Positions 20,538 through 29,906 of a DNA stretch of 49,712 nucleotides are shown here, one piece after another. The position numbers and the translations under genes were made by a program. Positions within the stretch are counted from its first letter, which is position 1. Each line of letters opens with the position of its first letter. A model generated the notes under the pieces. It saw only the letters and a list, made by a program, of their open reading frames with translations. It made no database searches and was not told the DNA's origin. Origin of the DNA: Streptococcus mitis (GTDB lineage: Bacteria; Bacillota; Bacilli; Lactobacillales; Streptococcaceae); NCBI GenBank assembly GCA_032565555.1, contig JAWHFN010000001.1, positions 1-49,712 on the forward strand, in the 5' to 3' direction.

Positions 20538-22388
20538 ATGAATAAAAAACTCACAGATTATGTCATTGATCTGGTGGAAATTTTAAATAAACAACAAAAA
20601 CAGGTTTTCTGGGGAATATTTGATATTTTCAGTATGGTGGTTTCCATCATTGTATCTTATATTTTATTTTACGGCTTGATTAATCCAGCACCTGTTGACT
20701 ACATTATCTATACGAGTTTGGCCTTCCTGTTCTATCAATTGATGATTGGATTTTGGGGGTTGAATGCTAGTATTAGTCGTTACAGCAAGATTACGGACTT
20801 TATGAAAATCTTTTTTGGTGTGACTGCTAGCAGTGTTTTGTCTTATGGAATCTGCTATGCCTTCTTGCCACTTTTTTCAATCCGTTTCATCATTCTCTTT
20901 ATCTTGTTGAGTACCTTCTTGATTTTATTGCCACGGATTACTTGGCAGTTAATCTACTCTAGACGCAAAAAAGGAAGTGGCGATGGAGAACACCGTCGAA
21001 CCTTCTTGATTGGTGCTGGTGATGGCGGAGCCCTCTTTATGGATAGTTACCAACATCCAACCAGTGATTTGGAACTGGTCGGTATTTTGGATAAGGACGC
21101 TAAGAAAAAGGGCCAAAAACTTGGTGGGATTCCTGTTTTGGGTTCATATGATGAATTGCCTGAATTAGCCAAACGCCATCAAATCGAGCGTGTTATCGTT
21201 GCGATTCCGTCGCTTGACCCGTCAGAATATGAGCGTATCTTGCAGATGTGTAATAAGCTGGGTGTCAAATGTTACAAGATGCCTAAGGTTGAAACTGTTG
21301 TTCAAGGCCTTCACCAAGCAGCTACTGGCTTCCAAAAAATTGATATTACGGACCTTTTGGGACGTCAGGAAATTCGTCTTGACGAATCGCGTCTGGGCGC
21401 AGAACTGACAGGTAAGACAATCTTAGTCACAGGTGCTGGTGGCTCAATCGGTTCTGAAATCTGTCGCCAAGTTAGTCGCTTCAATCCTGAACGCATCGTC
21501 TTGCTCGGTCATGGGGAAAACTCAATCTACCTTGTTTATCATGAATTGATTCGCAAGTTCCAAGGGATTGATTATGTACCGGTTATTGCCGATATTCAAG
21601 ACTATGACCGTTTGTTGCAAGTCTTTGAACAGTACAAGCCTGCTATTGTTTATCATGCGGCTGCCCACAAGCACGTTCCTATGATGGAGCGCAATCCAAA
21701 AGAAGCCTTCAAAAACAATATTCGTGGAACTTACAATGTTGCTAAGGCTGTTGATGAAGCCAAAGTACCTAAGATGGTTATGATTTCGACAGATAAGGCG
21801 GTTAATCCACCAAATGTTATGGGAGCAACCAAGCGCGTGGCTGAGTTGATTGTCACTGGCTTTAATCAACGTAGCCAATCGACCTACTGTGCAGTTCGTT
21901 TTGGGAATGTTCTTGGTAGCCGTGGTAGTGTGATTCCAGTCTTTGAACGTCAGATTGCTGAAGGTGGGCCTGTAACGGTGACAGACTTCCGCATGACCCG
22001 TTACTTCATGACCATTCCAGAAGCTAGCCGTTTGGTTATCCATGCTGGTGCTTATGCTAAAGATGGAGAAGTCTTTATCCTTGATATGGGCAAACCAGTC
22101 AAGATTTATGACTTGGCTAAGAAAATGGTCCTTCTAAGTGGACACACTGAGAGCGAAATTCCAATTGTTGAAGTTGGAATCCGTCCAGGTGAAAAACTTT
22201 ACGAAGAACTCTTGGTGTCAACCGAACTTGTTGATAACCAGGTTATGGATAAGATTTTCGTTGGTAAGGTCAATGTCATGCCTCTAGAAGCCATCGATCA
22301 AAAGATTGAAGAGTTCCGCACTCTTAGTGGAGATGAGTTGAAGCAAGCCATTATCGCCTTTGCCAATCAAACCACCCACGTTGAATAA
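20538..22388 (+). CDS. capD: CapD-type UDP-GlcNAc 4,6-dehydratase (AatA, AATGal synthesis)
   Basis: Motifs TGAGGSIGSE, HAAAHKHVP, STDKAV, MGATK and RFGNVLGSRGSV, with four N-terminal TMs. Confidence 0.9.
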   Translation: MNKKLTDYVIDLVEILNKQQKQVFWGIFDIFSMVVSIIVSYILFYGLINPAPVDYIIYTSLAFLFYQLMIGFWGLNASISRYSKITDFMKIFFGVTASSVLSYGICYAFLPLFSIRFIILFILLSTFLILLPRITWQLIYSRRKKGSGDGEHRRTFLIGAGDGGALFMDSYQHPTSDLELVGILDKDAKKKGQKLGGIPVLGSYDELPELAKRHQIERVIVAIPSLDPSEYERILQMCNKLGVKCYKMPKVETVVQGLHQAATGFQKIDITDLLGRQEIRLDESRLGAELTGKTILVTGAGGSIGSEICRQVSRFNPERIVLLGHGENSIYLVYHELIRKFQGIDYVPVIADIQDYDRLLQVFEQYKPAIVYHAAAHKHVPMMERNPKEAFKNNIRGTYNVAKAVDEAKVPKMVMISTDKAVNPPNVMGATKRVAELIVTGFNQRSQSTYCAVRFGNVLGSRGSVIPVFERQIAEGGPVTVTDFRMTRYFMTIPEASRLVIHAGAYAKDGEVFILDMGKPVKIYDLAKKMVLLSGHTESEIPIVEVGIRPGEKLYEELLVSTELVDNQVMDKIFVGKVNVMPLEAIDQKIEEFRTLSGDELKQAIIAFANQTTHVE

Positions 22389-22472
22389 AAACAGAAAAAC
22401 GCATATTATCAGGTCTGAAGAACCTTGGTAATATGCGTTTTGTTATGTGTAAACTTGCTTCATTTTATTCTG

Positions 22473-22594
22473 ATACTCAATGAAAATCAAATAGCAAACT
22501 AGGAAGCTAGGAAGCTAGCCGTAAGTTGTTCAAAGCACAGCGTTGAGGTTGCAGATAGAAACTGACGTGGTTTGAAGAGATTTTCGAAGAGTAT
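22473..22594 (-). repeat. BOX element (degenerate boxA-B-C)
   Basis: ATACTCAATGAAAATCAAA...CTAGGAAGCTAG...CTGACGTGGTTTGAAGAGATTTTCGAAGAGTAT, the reverse-complement relative of 45324-45478. Confidence 0.9.
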
Positions 22595-22620
22595 GAAATA
22601 GAGTTGTCGCCCAGTCTATG

Positions 22621-23253
22621 TTATTGAAAATACTCCAAAGCTTCTAAGGGTTTGTGGGCGATATAATCAGGTTGATAGTTTAGTAGATCTGCTTGATCTC
22701 CAAATCCCCAAGTGACGGCCAATTTCTGAATGCCTGTTTCTTGAGCCCCCTGCATATCAAACTTGGTATCTCCGATGATGATGGCTTGTTCTGGTGCTAG
22801 TTGATGTGTCTGCAAGGCTTGGCGAATGACATCTGCCTTATGGGGTGCCTCAGGGCTGGAACCATAAATGCCAGCAAAGAAATGATAGATTCCCAAGTTC
22901 TTAGTCATGTCTTGAGCGGTTGGAGTGTTTTTTGTAGTGGTGATGTAGAGAGGGTAATTCTTGGATAGTTCTTGAAGCAATTCTACAATCTGAGGGAAAA
23001 TTTGAGCTTCATGGATGCCTTTTTCCTTATAGTAGGAACGGTATATCTGCACAGCCTCAGAAATTTGTTCTTTGGGCAGGCAGGTCGCAAAACTACTTTC
23101 AAGGGGCGGTCCCATAAAACCACGAATCGTTTTGACATCAGGACTAGGCACCCCCAGCTCCTTAAAGGTATGGGTAAAGGCATTGTGAATTCCGATAGAA
23201 CTGTCGACGAGGGTTCCATCCAGATCGAAAAAGATAGCTGAGATAGAGGTCAT
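22621..23253 (-). CDS. HAD-superfamily phosphatase
   Basis: Motifs FDLDGTL and IIGDTKFD. Confidence 0.9.
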   Translation of the reverse strand: MTSISAIFFDLDGTLVDSSIGIHNAFTHTFKELGVPSPDVKTIRGFMGPPLESSFATCLPKEQISEAVQIYRSYYKEKGIHEAQIFPQIVELLQELSKNYPLYITTTKNTPTAQDMTKNLGIYHFFAGIYGSSPEAPHKADVIRQALQTHQLAPEQAIIIGDTKFDMQGAQETGIQKLAVTWGFGDQADLLNYQPDYIAHKPLEALEYFQ

Positions 23254-23274
23254 GGTTTCTCCTATTTGATAAGC

Positions 23275-24147
23275 TTATTCTCCGAAAATTTCTTTTTGGA
23301 GGCGACGACCAGTAGGTGTGGCAGCGAGTCCACCTTCAGCTGTTTCACGAAAGGCAGTTGGCATGCTTGCTCCCACTTGGTACATGGCATCGATAACTTC
23401 ATCCACAGGGATTTTAGATTCGATACCTGCCAGGGCCATGTCTGCTGCGATGAAGGCAAAGCTAGCTCCCATAGCATTGCGCTTGACACAGGGAACTTCA
23501 ACCAAGCCGGCAACAGGGTCACAGATGAGGCCTAGCATATTTTTAATGACAAAGGCAATGGCCTGACTGGCCTGATAAGGTGTTCCTCCTGCAGCTAGAG
23601 TCAAGGCGGCAGCGCTCATAGCAGAGGCTGAACCAACCTCAGCTTGGCAACCGCCCTCAGCACCTGAGATAGAGGCATTGTTTGCGATGACTAGTCCAAA
23701 GGCACCGGCAGCAAAGAGGAAATCCAGCTGTTGCTCGTGGCTGAGGTCTAATTTTTCAATAGCAGCAGTGAGAACGGAAGGCAGACAGCCAGCACTTCCT
23801 GCGGTCGGAGTGGCACAGACCAAGCCCATTTTGGCATTGTGTTCATTGACTGCGATGGCATTTCGGGCAGCCGAGAGAATCGTATAATCTGACAAGGTTT
23901 TTCCGTTTTTGATGTAGTGATCCAATTTGGCAGCATCTCCACCTGTCAGGCCACTACGAGATTTATTTTCATTGAGGCCAAGTTGGACAGAGGCTTTCAT
24001 GACTTCTAGATTGCGTTCCATGAGAAGGAGGACTTCTTCACGTTCGCGACCGGTCAATTCAAACTCGGTTGTAATCATGAGTTCTGCGACATTTCCTTGA
24101 AAGTCCAGATCTGCTTGCTCAACCAATTCTTTGATAGAATAAAACAT
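23275..24147 (-). CDS. sdaAA: L-serine dehydratase (Fe-S) alpha subunit
   Basis: Motifs ATPTAGS, GAEGGCQAE and LICDPVAGLVEVPC. Confidence 0.93.
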   Translation of the reverse strand: MFYSIKELVEQADLDFQGNVAELMITTEFELTGREREEVLLLMERNLEVMKASVQLGLNENKSRSGLTGGDAAKLDHYIKNGKTLSDYTILSAARNAIAVNEHNAKMGLVCATPTAGSAGCLPSVLTAAIEKLDLSHEQQLDFLFAAGAFGLVIANNASISGAEGGCQAEVGSASAMSAAALTLAAGGTPYQASQAIAFVIKNMLGLICDPVAGLVEVPCVKRNAMGASFAFIAADMALAGIESKIPVDEVIDAMYQVGASMPTAFRETAEGGLAATPTGRRLQKEIFGE

Positions 24148-24155
24148 GCTTCCTC

Positions 24156-24827
24156 CTATTTAAAGAAATTGACATTATGGAGATGAGGGATTTTTCGAAT
24201 TTCTTCGATGGCCTCATCACAGTTACGACTGTCGACTTCGATAATCATAATGGCTTTTTCACCAGCTTTTTCACGAGTAACATTCATCTGGGCGATATTG
24301 ATACCATAGCGTGAAAGGGCTTCTGTTACGAGGGCAATCATACCTGGAATATCTTGATGAACAATGATGATAGTCGGTGTATTCATATTGAGAGAGACGG
24401 CAAAGCCATTGAGTTCGGTGACCTGAATATTCCCGCCACCGATTGAAATACCAGTCACACTGATGGTCTTGTGGGCATTTTTGACGGTAATTTTAGTGGT
24501 GTTTGGGTGAGGAGCATTGCTGTCTTTCTGAATGGTCCAGACAATCTTGATGCCACGCTTGTGTGCAATCTCCAGACTATTTGGGATTTCAGGATCATCT
24601 GTATCCATGCCCAAAATACCTGCAACAAGGGCTAGGTCTGTCCCGTGACCACGATAGGTCTTGGCAAATGAGTTAAAAAGTTGGAATTCGACTTCTGTCG
24701 GAGTATCATCAAAAATGGAAGAGACAATCTTCCCAATACGAACAGCACCAGCGGTATGACTACTAGATGGGCCAATCATAACTGGTCCGATGATATCAAA
24801 GACAGATTGAAAACGAAGTGATTTCAT
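24156..24827 (-). CDS. sdaAB: L-serine dehydratase beta subunit
   Basis: Motifs IGPSSSHTAGA and GHGTD, with a C-terminal ACT domain. Confidence 0.93.
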   Translation of the reverse strand: MKSLRFQSVFDIIGPVMIGPSSSHTAGAVRIGKIVSSIFDDTPTEVEFQLFNSFAKTYRGHGTDLALVAGILGMDTDDPEIPNSLEIAHKRGIKIVWTIQKDSNAPHPNTTKITVKNAHKTISVTGISIGGGNIQVTELNGFAVSLNMNTPTIIIVHQDIPGMIALVTEALSRYGINIAQMNVTREKAGEKAIMIIEVDSRNCDEAIEEIRKIPHLHNVNFFK

Positions 24828-25004
24828 CAGTTTCCCCTTATAAAAATTCTTATCTCTATTATATCAAAGAATAAAGGTCTTGACTTTAATTGTGGATGAA
24901 AACCTTTCTAATACCTCAAATAGCATAAAAATAGTATCTTTTATGACAAAAAATACCTTATTTAGGGAAATAAAAAATAATTTTGTAATATTTCTACATA
25001 AAAG

Positions 25005-25021
25005 TGTCAAGAAACGGTAAT
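25005..25021 (+). promoter_or_regulatory. Possible WalR (VicR) box upstream of the LysM gene
   Basis: TGTCAA-N5-GGTAAT is an imperfect match to TGTWAH-N5-TGTWAH. I recall the pneumococcal orthologue being WalR-regulated. Confidence 0.4.
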
Positions 25022-25068
25022 ATTTAAAGGGTATCATAGAATTATAGAAAGAAGGAGAATTTTCAAAT

Positions 25069-25689
25069 ATGAAATCAACAACTAAAAAGATTAAAACAAC
25101 TCTTGCAGGAGTAGCTGCCTTGTTTGCAGTATTTGCTCCATCATTTGTGTCTGCTCAAGAATCATCAACTTACACTGTTAAAGAAGGTGATACACTTTCA
25201 GAAATTGCTGAAACTCACAACACAACAGTTGAGAAATTGGCAGAAAACAACCACATTGACAACATCCATATGATTTATGTTGGTCAAGAGTTGGTTATCG
25301 ACGGTCCAGCAGCGCCAGTAGCACCAGCCTCAACGACTTATGAAGCTCCAGCAGCTCAAGATGAGGCTGTTTCAGCTACAGTGACAGAAACTACAGAAGT
25401 AGCAGAAGAAACTCCAGTAGTAAGCGAAACAGTATCAGAAGAAACAGTTGCTTCAACTGTAAGCGGATCTGAAGCAGAAGCCAAAGAATGGATCGCTCAA
25501 AAAGAATCAGGCGGTAGCTACACAGCTACAAACGGACGTTACATCGGACGTTACCAATTGACAGATTCATACTTGAACGGTGACTACTCAGCTGAAAACC
25601 AAGAACGTGTAGCAGATGCCTACGTTGCAGGACGTTACGGTTCATGGACAGCCGCTAAAAACTTCTGGCTTAACAACGGCTGGTATTAA
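25069..25689 (+). CDS. Secreted LysM-domain protein with C-terminal Apf/lysozyme-like domain
   Basis: Signal peptide, LysM (YTVKEGDTLSEIA...IYVGQEL), Thr/Glu/Ala linker, then ESGGSYTATNG...NNGWY. Confidence 0.9.
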   Translation: MKSTTKKIKTTLAGVAALFAVFAPSFVSAQESSTYTVKEGDTLSEIAETHNTTVEKLAENNHIDNIHMIYVGQELVIDGPAAPVAPASTTYEAPAAQDEAVSATVTETTEVAEETPVVSETVSEETVASTVSGSEAEAKEWIAQKESGGSYTATNGRYIGRYQLTDSYLNGDYSAENQERVADAYVAGRYGSWTAAKNFWLNNGWY

Positions 25690-25712
25690 GAAATAACGAA
25701 CAGAATAATATG

Positions 25713-25741
25713 AAAAGGTCGAGGAAATCCCTCGACTTTTT
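25713..25741. terminator. Bidirectional terminator between the LysM and Rgg genes
   Basis: AAAAGGTCGAGG AAATC CCTCGACTTTT. Confidence 0.75.
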
Positions 25742-26603
25742 ATATTTCCTTCGGTTGAGAATAGATCTCTACTTCTTTTTTGAGGTAGGACAGCATAGAA
25801 GTTTCCTCGGTCAGCTCCAGAAGGGAGAACCCTTTTTGGATAAGTCTAGCATCATCCCTACAAATCCCAATACGAACATAGCAGATAGCAAGCCTATCGT
25901 AGCTTTTCTTTTTCTTGGCATCCTCTAGTAAAGTATAGCAGATTTGTTGACACATGTTTTTGTCTTGATGGTATAAGTAAATGGTGGACAGATTGAGTAG
26001 GATTGCCATTCGTAAGTCATATAAATGTTGATAGTTTTTATAGACTTCCAAGCGTTGCAGGATTTTTCCAGTAATGAGATGGAGATGATCAATGGGAAAG
26101 CTGAAAAGGATGGTATTGAGGATTTTTAGGTCATTTTCATACCATGTATCTTGTTTTTCAATTTTTTCCCAAAGTTTTGTGACAGTCTGTTTCACTTGGT
26201 TTGACAGTTGCTCTGTACCATGTTGACGGATATGAATGACAATTTCCAACATATCTCTGATTTCTTCTATGGGCAGGTCGTGGTGGGTTTTGAGATAGTC
26301 TTGGCATTTTTGAAATAGTTTTTCGAGTTCACTAGTCCCTAGGGTTGAGCTCATATTGAGATAGGTTTGCATGATTTCTGTTCGTTGGCTCGGTTGATAG
26401 AGGTGGCAGATATAGTCAAACTCTTCAAAACTCATATTGATTTGCCGGAGAAGAAACTCCATATTTTCATATTTGGGAGTTGCTTTACCACTTTCAATTT
26501 TTGATAGGCTGGTTCTTGAAATGACATTTCCACAGACCTCTTCTTGGGTCAAGCCTTTTGACTCGCGTATTTCTTTATAGACCTTTCCGAAATCATAACG
26601 CAT
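25740..26603 (-). CDS. Rgg/PlcR-like (RRNPP) transcriptional regulator
   Basis: N-terminal XRE HTH (KEIRESKGLTQEEV...SLSKIESG), QDTWY motif, helical TPR-like C-terminus, 287 aa. Confidence 0.85.
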   Translation of the reverse strand: MRYDFGKVYKEIRESKGLTQEEVCGNVISRTSLSKIESGKATPKYENMEFLLRQINMSFEEFDYICHLYQPSQRTEIMQTYLNMSSTLGTSELEKLFQKCQDYLKTHHDLPIEEIRDMLEIVIHIRQHGTEQLSNQVKQTVTKLWEKIEKQDTWYENDLKILNTILFSFPIDHLHLITGKILQRLEVYKNYQHLYDLRMAILLNLSTIYLYHQDKNMCQQICYTLLEDAKKKKSYDRLAICYVRIGICRDDARLIQKGFSLLELTEETSMLSYLKKEVEIYSQPKEI

Positions 26604-26765
26604 GATTTTCTCCTTTTCGTGAAAAAAGTTAACAAATAATAAAATCCAATTAAAAATATTGTATCATAGTAATATAAAAAGTAAAGAAGAAAGCTAAAAT
26701 AAGTTTGGTGTAATTTTAAAATGGGCTTAACAGTACTATGATGTAGCTAGAAAAGGGGGGCTAAA

Positions 26766-26879
26766 ATGTTTAAAAATAAGGAGCTTTTTCGAGTAGTCAT
26801 GATATTTGTGATAGGAATTATCCTAATTTTAATGACACCAGTCTTATTTAAAGTTGTGATGGAACTATTTTCAAAATAA
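26766..26879 (+). CDS. 37-aa hydrophobic peptide, not in the ORF track
   Basis: MFKNKELFRVVMIFVIGIILILMTPVLFKVVMELFSK, preceded by AAAGGGGGG and followed by a 9-bp hairpin at 26881-26907. Confidence 0.6.
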   Translation: MFKNKELFRVVMIFVIGIILILMTPVLFKVVMELFSK

Positions 26880-26924
26880 ACACGACTCTGCTTTAGGTAG
26901 AGTCGTGAATCAGGAGGTTAAGTG

Positions 26925-27512
26925 ATGAACTACAATTTAAAATATCTTTTATCAGGAATATTTGTCCTAGTCTTTATAGGTTTCCTAGTCTGGATGCGTT
27001 ATTTTAATCAGAGGAAGGAAGAAGAGCATTCGGATATGTCTTTTGAAGCGAGGTTAGATAGTGAGGTCAAGGCCTTATATAAACAACTAGGATTGGGTGA
27101 GGAGCCTCACTATTTCTTAGCTTATCGTTACCTACATCCCTGGTTTAATTTGGCGATTTTACCACCAACAGTTGAAATTTTCTTAACTAAAATAGCGCTG
27201 GTGATGGTGACTCCAGATGAACTACTGATAAGAAATCTTGGGAATGGGATGACTTTCACAAGTGAGCATCATCGTGATTTGCGGCAAGGACTTATCCGCA
27301 TTCCAAAATCAGAGATAAAAGAATTTGAGATTCGCAACTGGAAAAGAGCTTTTGTATTTGGCGATTTTTTGACAATTAAAACAAGCCAACACAGCTATTA
27401 TTTACAGGTTAGAGATGATGGACTTCAAAAAGGAAGTCTTTCAACCAAACATTTCTCAGACTTGAAACGACAAGATTTTCTAGGATTATTGACAGATAAA
27501 AGAACATTCTGA
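26925..27512 (+). CDS. Hypothetical protein with N-terminal TM and possible PH-like domain
   Basis: RBS AGGAGG, one TM segment, beta-rich C-terminal pattern. Start is GTG 26922 or ATG 26925. Confidence 0.7.
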   Translation: MNYNLKYLLSGIFVLVFIGFLVWMRYFNQRKEEEHSDMSFEARLDSEVKALYKQLGLGEEPHYFLAYRYLHPWFNLAILPPTVEIFLTKIALVMVTPDELLIRNLGNGMTFTSEHHRDLRQGLIRIPKSEIKEFEIRNWKRAFVFGDFLTIKTSQHSYYLQVRDDGLQKGSLSTKHFSDLKRQDFLGLLTDKRTF

Positions 27513-27592
27513 TTGACAATTGCCCTAACAGCTTATTGTAAACTTTGCAAATAAGCTGTAAATACTAGAATCCATTCAGAAAGGCAATTCCT

Positions 27593-27748
27593 ATGAAAAA
27601 TAAAATTTTAATCATTGTTTATATTTTAGCCTCGCTAATCATCAGTTTTATAATCTTTTCACTTTTGCATATTGATTTTAAATGGTGGACAACTCTGGCT
27701 ATAAGTGCAGGATTTATTTACACCTATTTAAAATTTAGTAAAAAATAA
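27593..27748 (+). CDS. 51-aa two-TM small membrane protein, not in the ORF track
   Basis: MKNKILIIVYILASLIISFIIFSLLHIDFKWWTTLAISAGFIYTYLKFSKK, RBS GAAAGG. Confidence 0.65.
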   Translation: MKNKILIIVYILASLIISFIIFSLLHIDFKWWTTLAISAGFIYTYLKFSKK

Positions 27749-27797
27749 AAAGTACCTGCACCTATCTCGCTTTCGTCTCTTCACGGGAGGTATCTCT

Positions 27798-29906
27798 ATG
27801 AAAAAAATCAGTCATCTTTGTATGCTCCTGCTCTTGCTGTGTACTACGTTTTTTGTCCTGAATGTAAATGTTACACGAGAAATAGTGCGGATTCAGGAGA
27901 TGGGCAAGACAACTTATTCATTTGACTTGTACTTGAAAGATGTCACTAAACCGACAGAAACGATTCTCCAGTTTTTTGAAGAGGTTGCAAGCCAAGACAA
28001 GGTCTCTATTATCAAAGTAGATAATGGAGATGAGGCAGTCAAGGCTGGTGTTTTTGATAAGGAAACCTTCCCCTATCAGGAGTTCGGTTTGACTTCTCTT
28101 GATTTTTCAAAGAATGAGAAGGGAGTCTACAGCAACCAGGACCTTCCCAATAATCTAGGAACCATTCCCACCTTTTTAAAGGTGAAACTCATTCGACTCC
28201 AGACCTTCCAATCCTATATTGAGGATAAATCCCATACTGTAAATGGGCGCTACATGATTACCTCCAGCAAAGAGATAGATCGCGATACCATTCTACAAAA
28301 GTGGAGTGATTTTTTCCAGATAGATAAGACGATTTTATTAGAACCCACTTACCGAAGTCAGGTTGGAGTGCTAAATCAAGAGTTGTTACTATCTATCATT
28401 ATCTTTATCTTGGCAATCTTGCTTGTGATTTTAATGACAGTTTATCAGCCGATGATGGAGATGAAACGAGTGGGGGTTCAAAAGTTACTTGGTTTCCAAA
28501 GCAGAGCGATTTTAGCTGGTTTTGTAAAGACTAATTTTTATCTTCTCTTGGGTGGAAGTCTTATCATTGACTTGGGACTATTTTTAGTGCTGGACTACAG
28601 GCCAAAACTTCTGTTTCCAAGTTTACTCTTATCCCAATTTCTGCTTTTACAGTTGTATTTGTTCATCAGTTGGCTGACCTACCTGATGATTCAGAAAATG
28701 ACAGTCAGTTCCATGTTGAAAGGTTTTTCATCTGTCAAACTTGGTCTCATCTTCAATTATGTGATGAAAATAGGGACAACTGTTTTATTGACGGTTTTAC
28801 TGATTGGGGTAGGCAGAAGTCTAGAACAAGAAAACAAAGAACTTGCTTATCAGCAACAGTGGGTAAGCCAAGGAAATTACCTGACCTTAGAAACCTTCAA
28901 ACTCAATGATAACCTGTGGCAAGAAGAGCTAGCAGGTTCAGGGAAATCTACAGATTATTTCTACCAATTTTATCAAGATTTGCTAGCAAAAACACAAGTA
29001 AACTATGTGCGAAGTACGAGTCTTCCTATCAAACCAGTCATCAAAGCTGAACAAGTGCAGAACTACCAACTGCCTGATAAGGTAGATGTTTACTATGCTA
29101 ATAGCAATTTTCTAAAGAGCAAGGGATTCAAGCTACCAGATACCGGCACTAAAAAGGTGATTTTGTTTCCAGCCAGTGACAAAGGACAAGAAGGCAAGAA
29201 TCAGTTCTTGGGGAAATCCATCGCCTATCTTTCTATGAGGTATGAAGATCAGCAAAAGCAAACAATAGAAGATATGGATGTAGAAATTGCCTACTATGAA
29301 GGAGATTGGTCTTTCTTCCCTTATAATAATGAGCGAAAGGAAAATCTCCACAATCCAATCATTAGTCTGGTAAATGATCAAGACATGATGTGGGAAGAAA
29401 AGACTCACTTGTCAACGACAGGTTTAAACAACCCGATGAAAGTTGAAAATACAGAACAAAATCAAAAAGTGATTACGGAGTTAGTTGAGAAATTATCTGA
29501 TGGTAGCTATTTAAAATTTTCATCGATTCAAGCAATTCAAGAGGGGATGGTTGATACCTATCGGGATTCTGTTCGTAATTTTAACGTTCTGTTTGCCTTA
29601 TTTGCTCTTCTCAGTATGATTGTCTCCTACTTTTTACTCGTTACCACTTTCTTGTTGAAGCGCAGGGATATCATTACCAAGAAGTTTATGGGGTGGAAAC
29701 TGGTCGATCGCTATCGCCCTCTCCTAGTCCTGCTCTTGCTGGGCTATAGTTTGCCTCTTCTAGTCTTGATTTTCTTTGCCCATGCGCTCTTGCCACTCCT
29801 ACTTTTTGCAGGCTTTACATGTCTGGATATACTATTTGTGTTAGCCTTGGCTTCTAGGATGGAGAAAAGAAGTCTAGTAGAGTTATTGAAAGGGGGCATC
29901 TTATGA
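27798..29906 (+). CDS. Bacteriocin-associated integral membrane (immunity/permease) protein, lactococcin 972/streptococcin type
   Basis: 702 aa with two large extracellular domains, FtsX-like GVQKLLGF and KKFMGW motifs, coupled to the ABC ATPase. Confidence 0.8.
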   Translation: MKKISHLCMLLLLLCTTFFVLNVNVTREIVRIQEMGKTTYSFDLYLKDVTKPTETILQFFEEVASQDKVSIIKVDNGDEAVKAGVFDKETFPYQEFGLTSLDFSKNEKGVYSNQDLPNNLGTIPTFLKVKLIRLQTFQSYIEDKSHTVNGRYMITSSKEIDRDTILQKWSDFFQIDKTILLEPTYRSQVGVLNQELLLSIIIFILAILLVILMTVYQPMMEMKRVGVQKLLGFQSRAILAGFVKTNFYLLLGGSLIIDLGLFLVLDYRPKLLFPSLLLSQFLLLQLYLFISWLTYLMIQKMTVSSMLKGFSSVKLGLIFNYVMKIGTTVLLTVLLIGVGRSLEQENKELAYQQQWVSQGNYLTLETFKLNDNLWQEELAGSGKSTDYFYQFYQDLLAKTQVNYVRSTSLPIKPVIKAEQVQNYQLPDKVDVYYANSNFLKSKGFKLPDTGTKKVILFPASDKGQEGKNQFLGKSIAYLSMRYEDQQKQTIEDMDVEIAYYEGDWSFFPYNNERKENLHNPIISLVNDQDMMWEEKTHLSTTGLNNPMKVENTEQNQKVITELVEKLSDGSYLKFSSIQAIQEGMVDTYRDSVRNFNVLFALFALLSMIVSYFLLVTTFLLKRRDIITKKFMGWKLVDRYRPLLVLLLLGYSLPLLVLIFFAHALLPLLLFAGFTCLDILFVLALASRMEKRSLVELLKGGIL

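Noticed and set aside
21522..22043. Long antisense ORFs (also 40027-40512 and 47500-47946)
   Set aside because: They are shadows of conserved genes on the opposite strand, with no recognisable motifs.
25300..25470. Repetitive Ala/Glu/Thr/Val stretch in the LysM gene
   Set aside because: An ordinary low-complexity linker.
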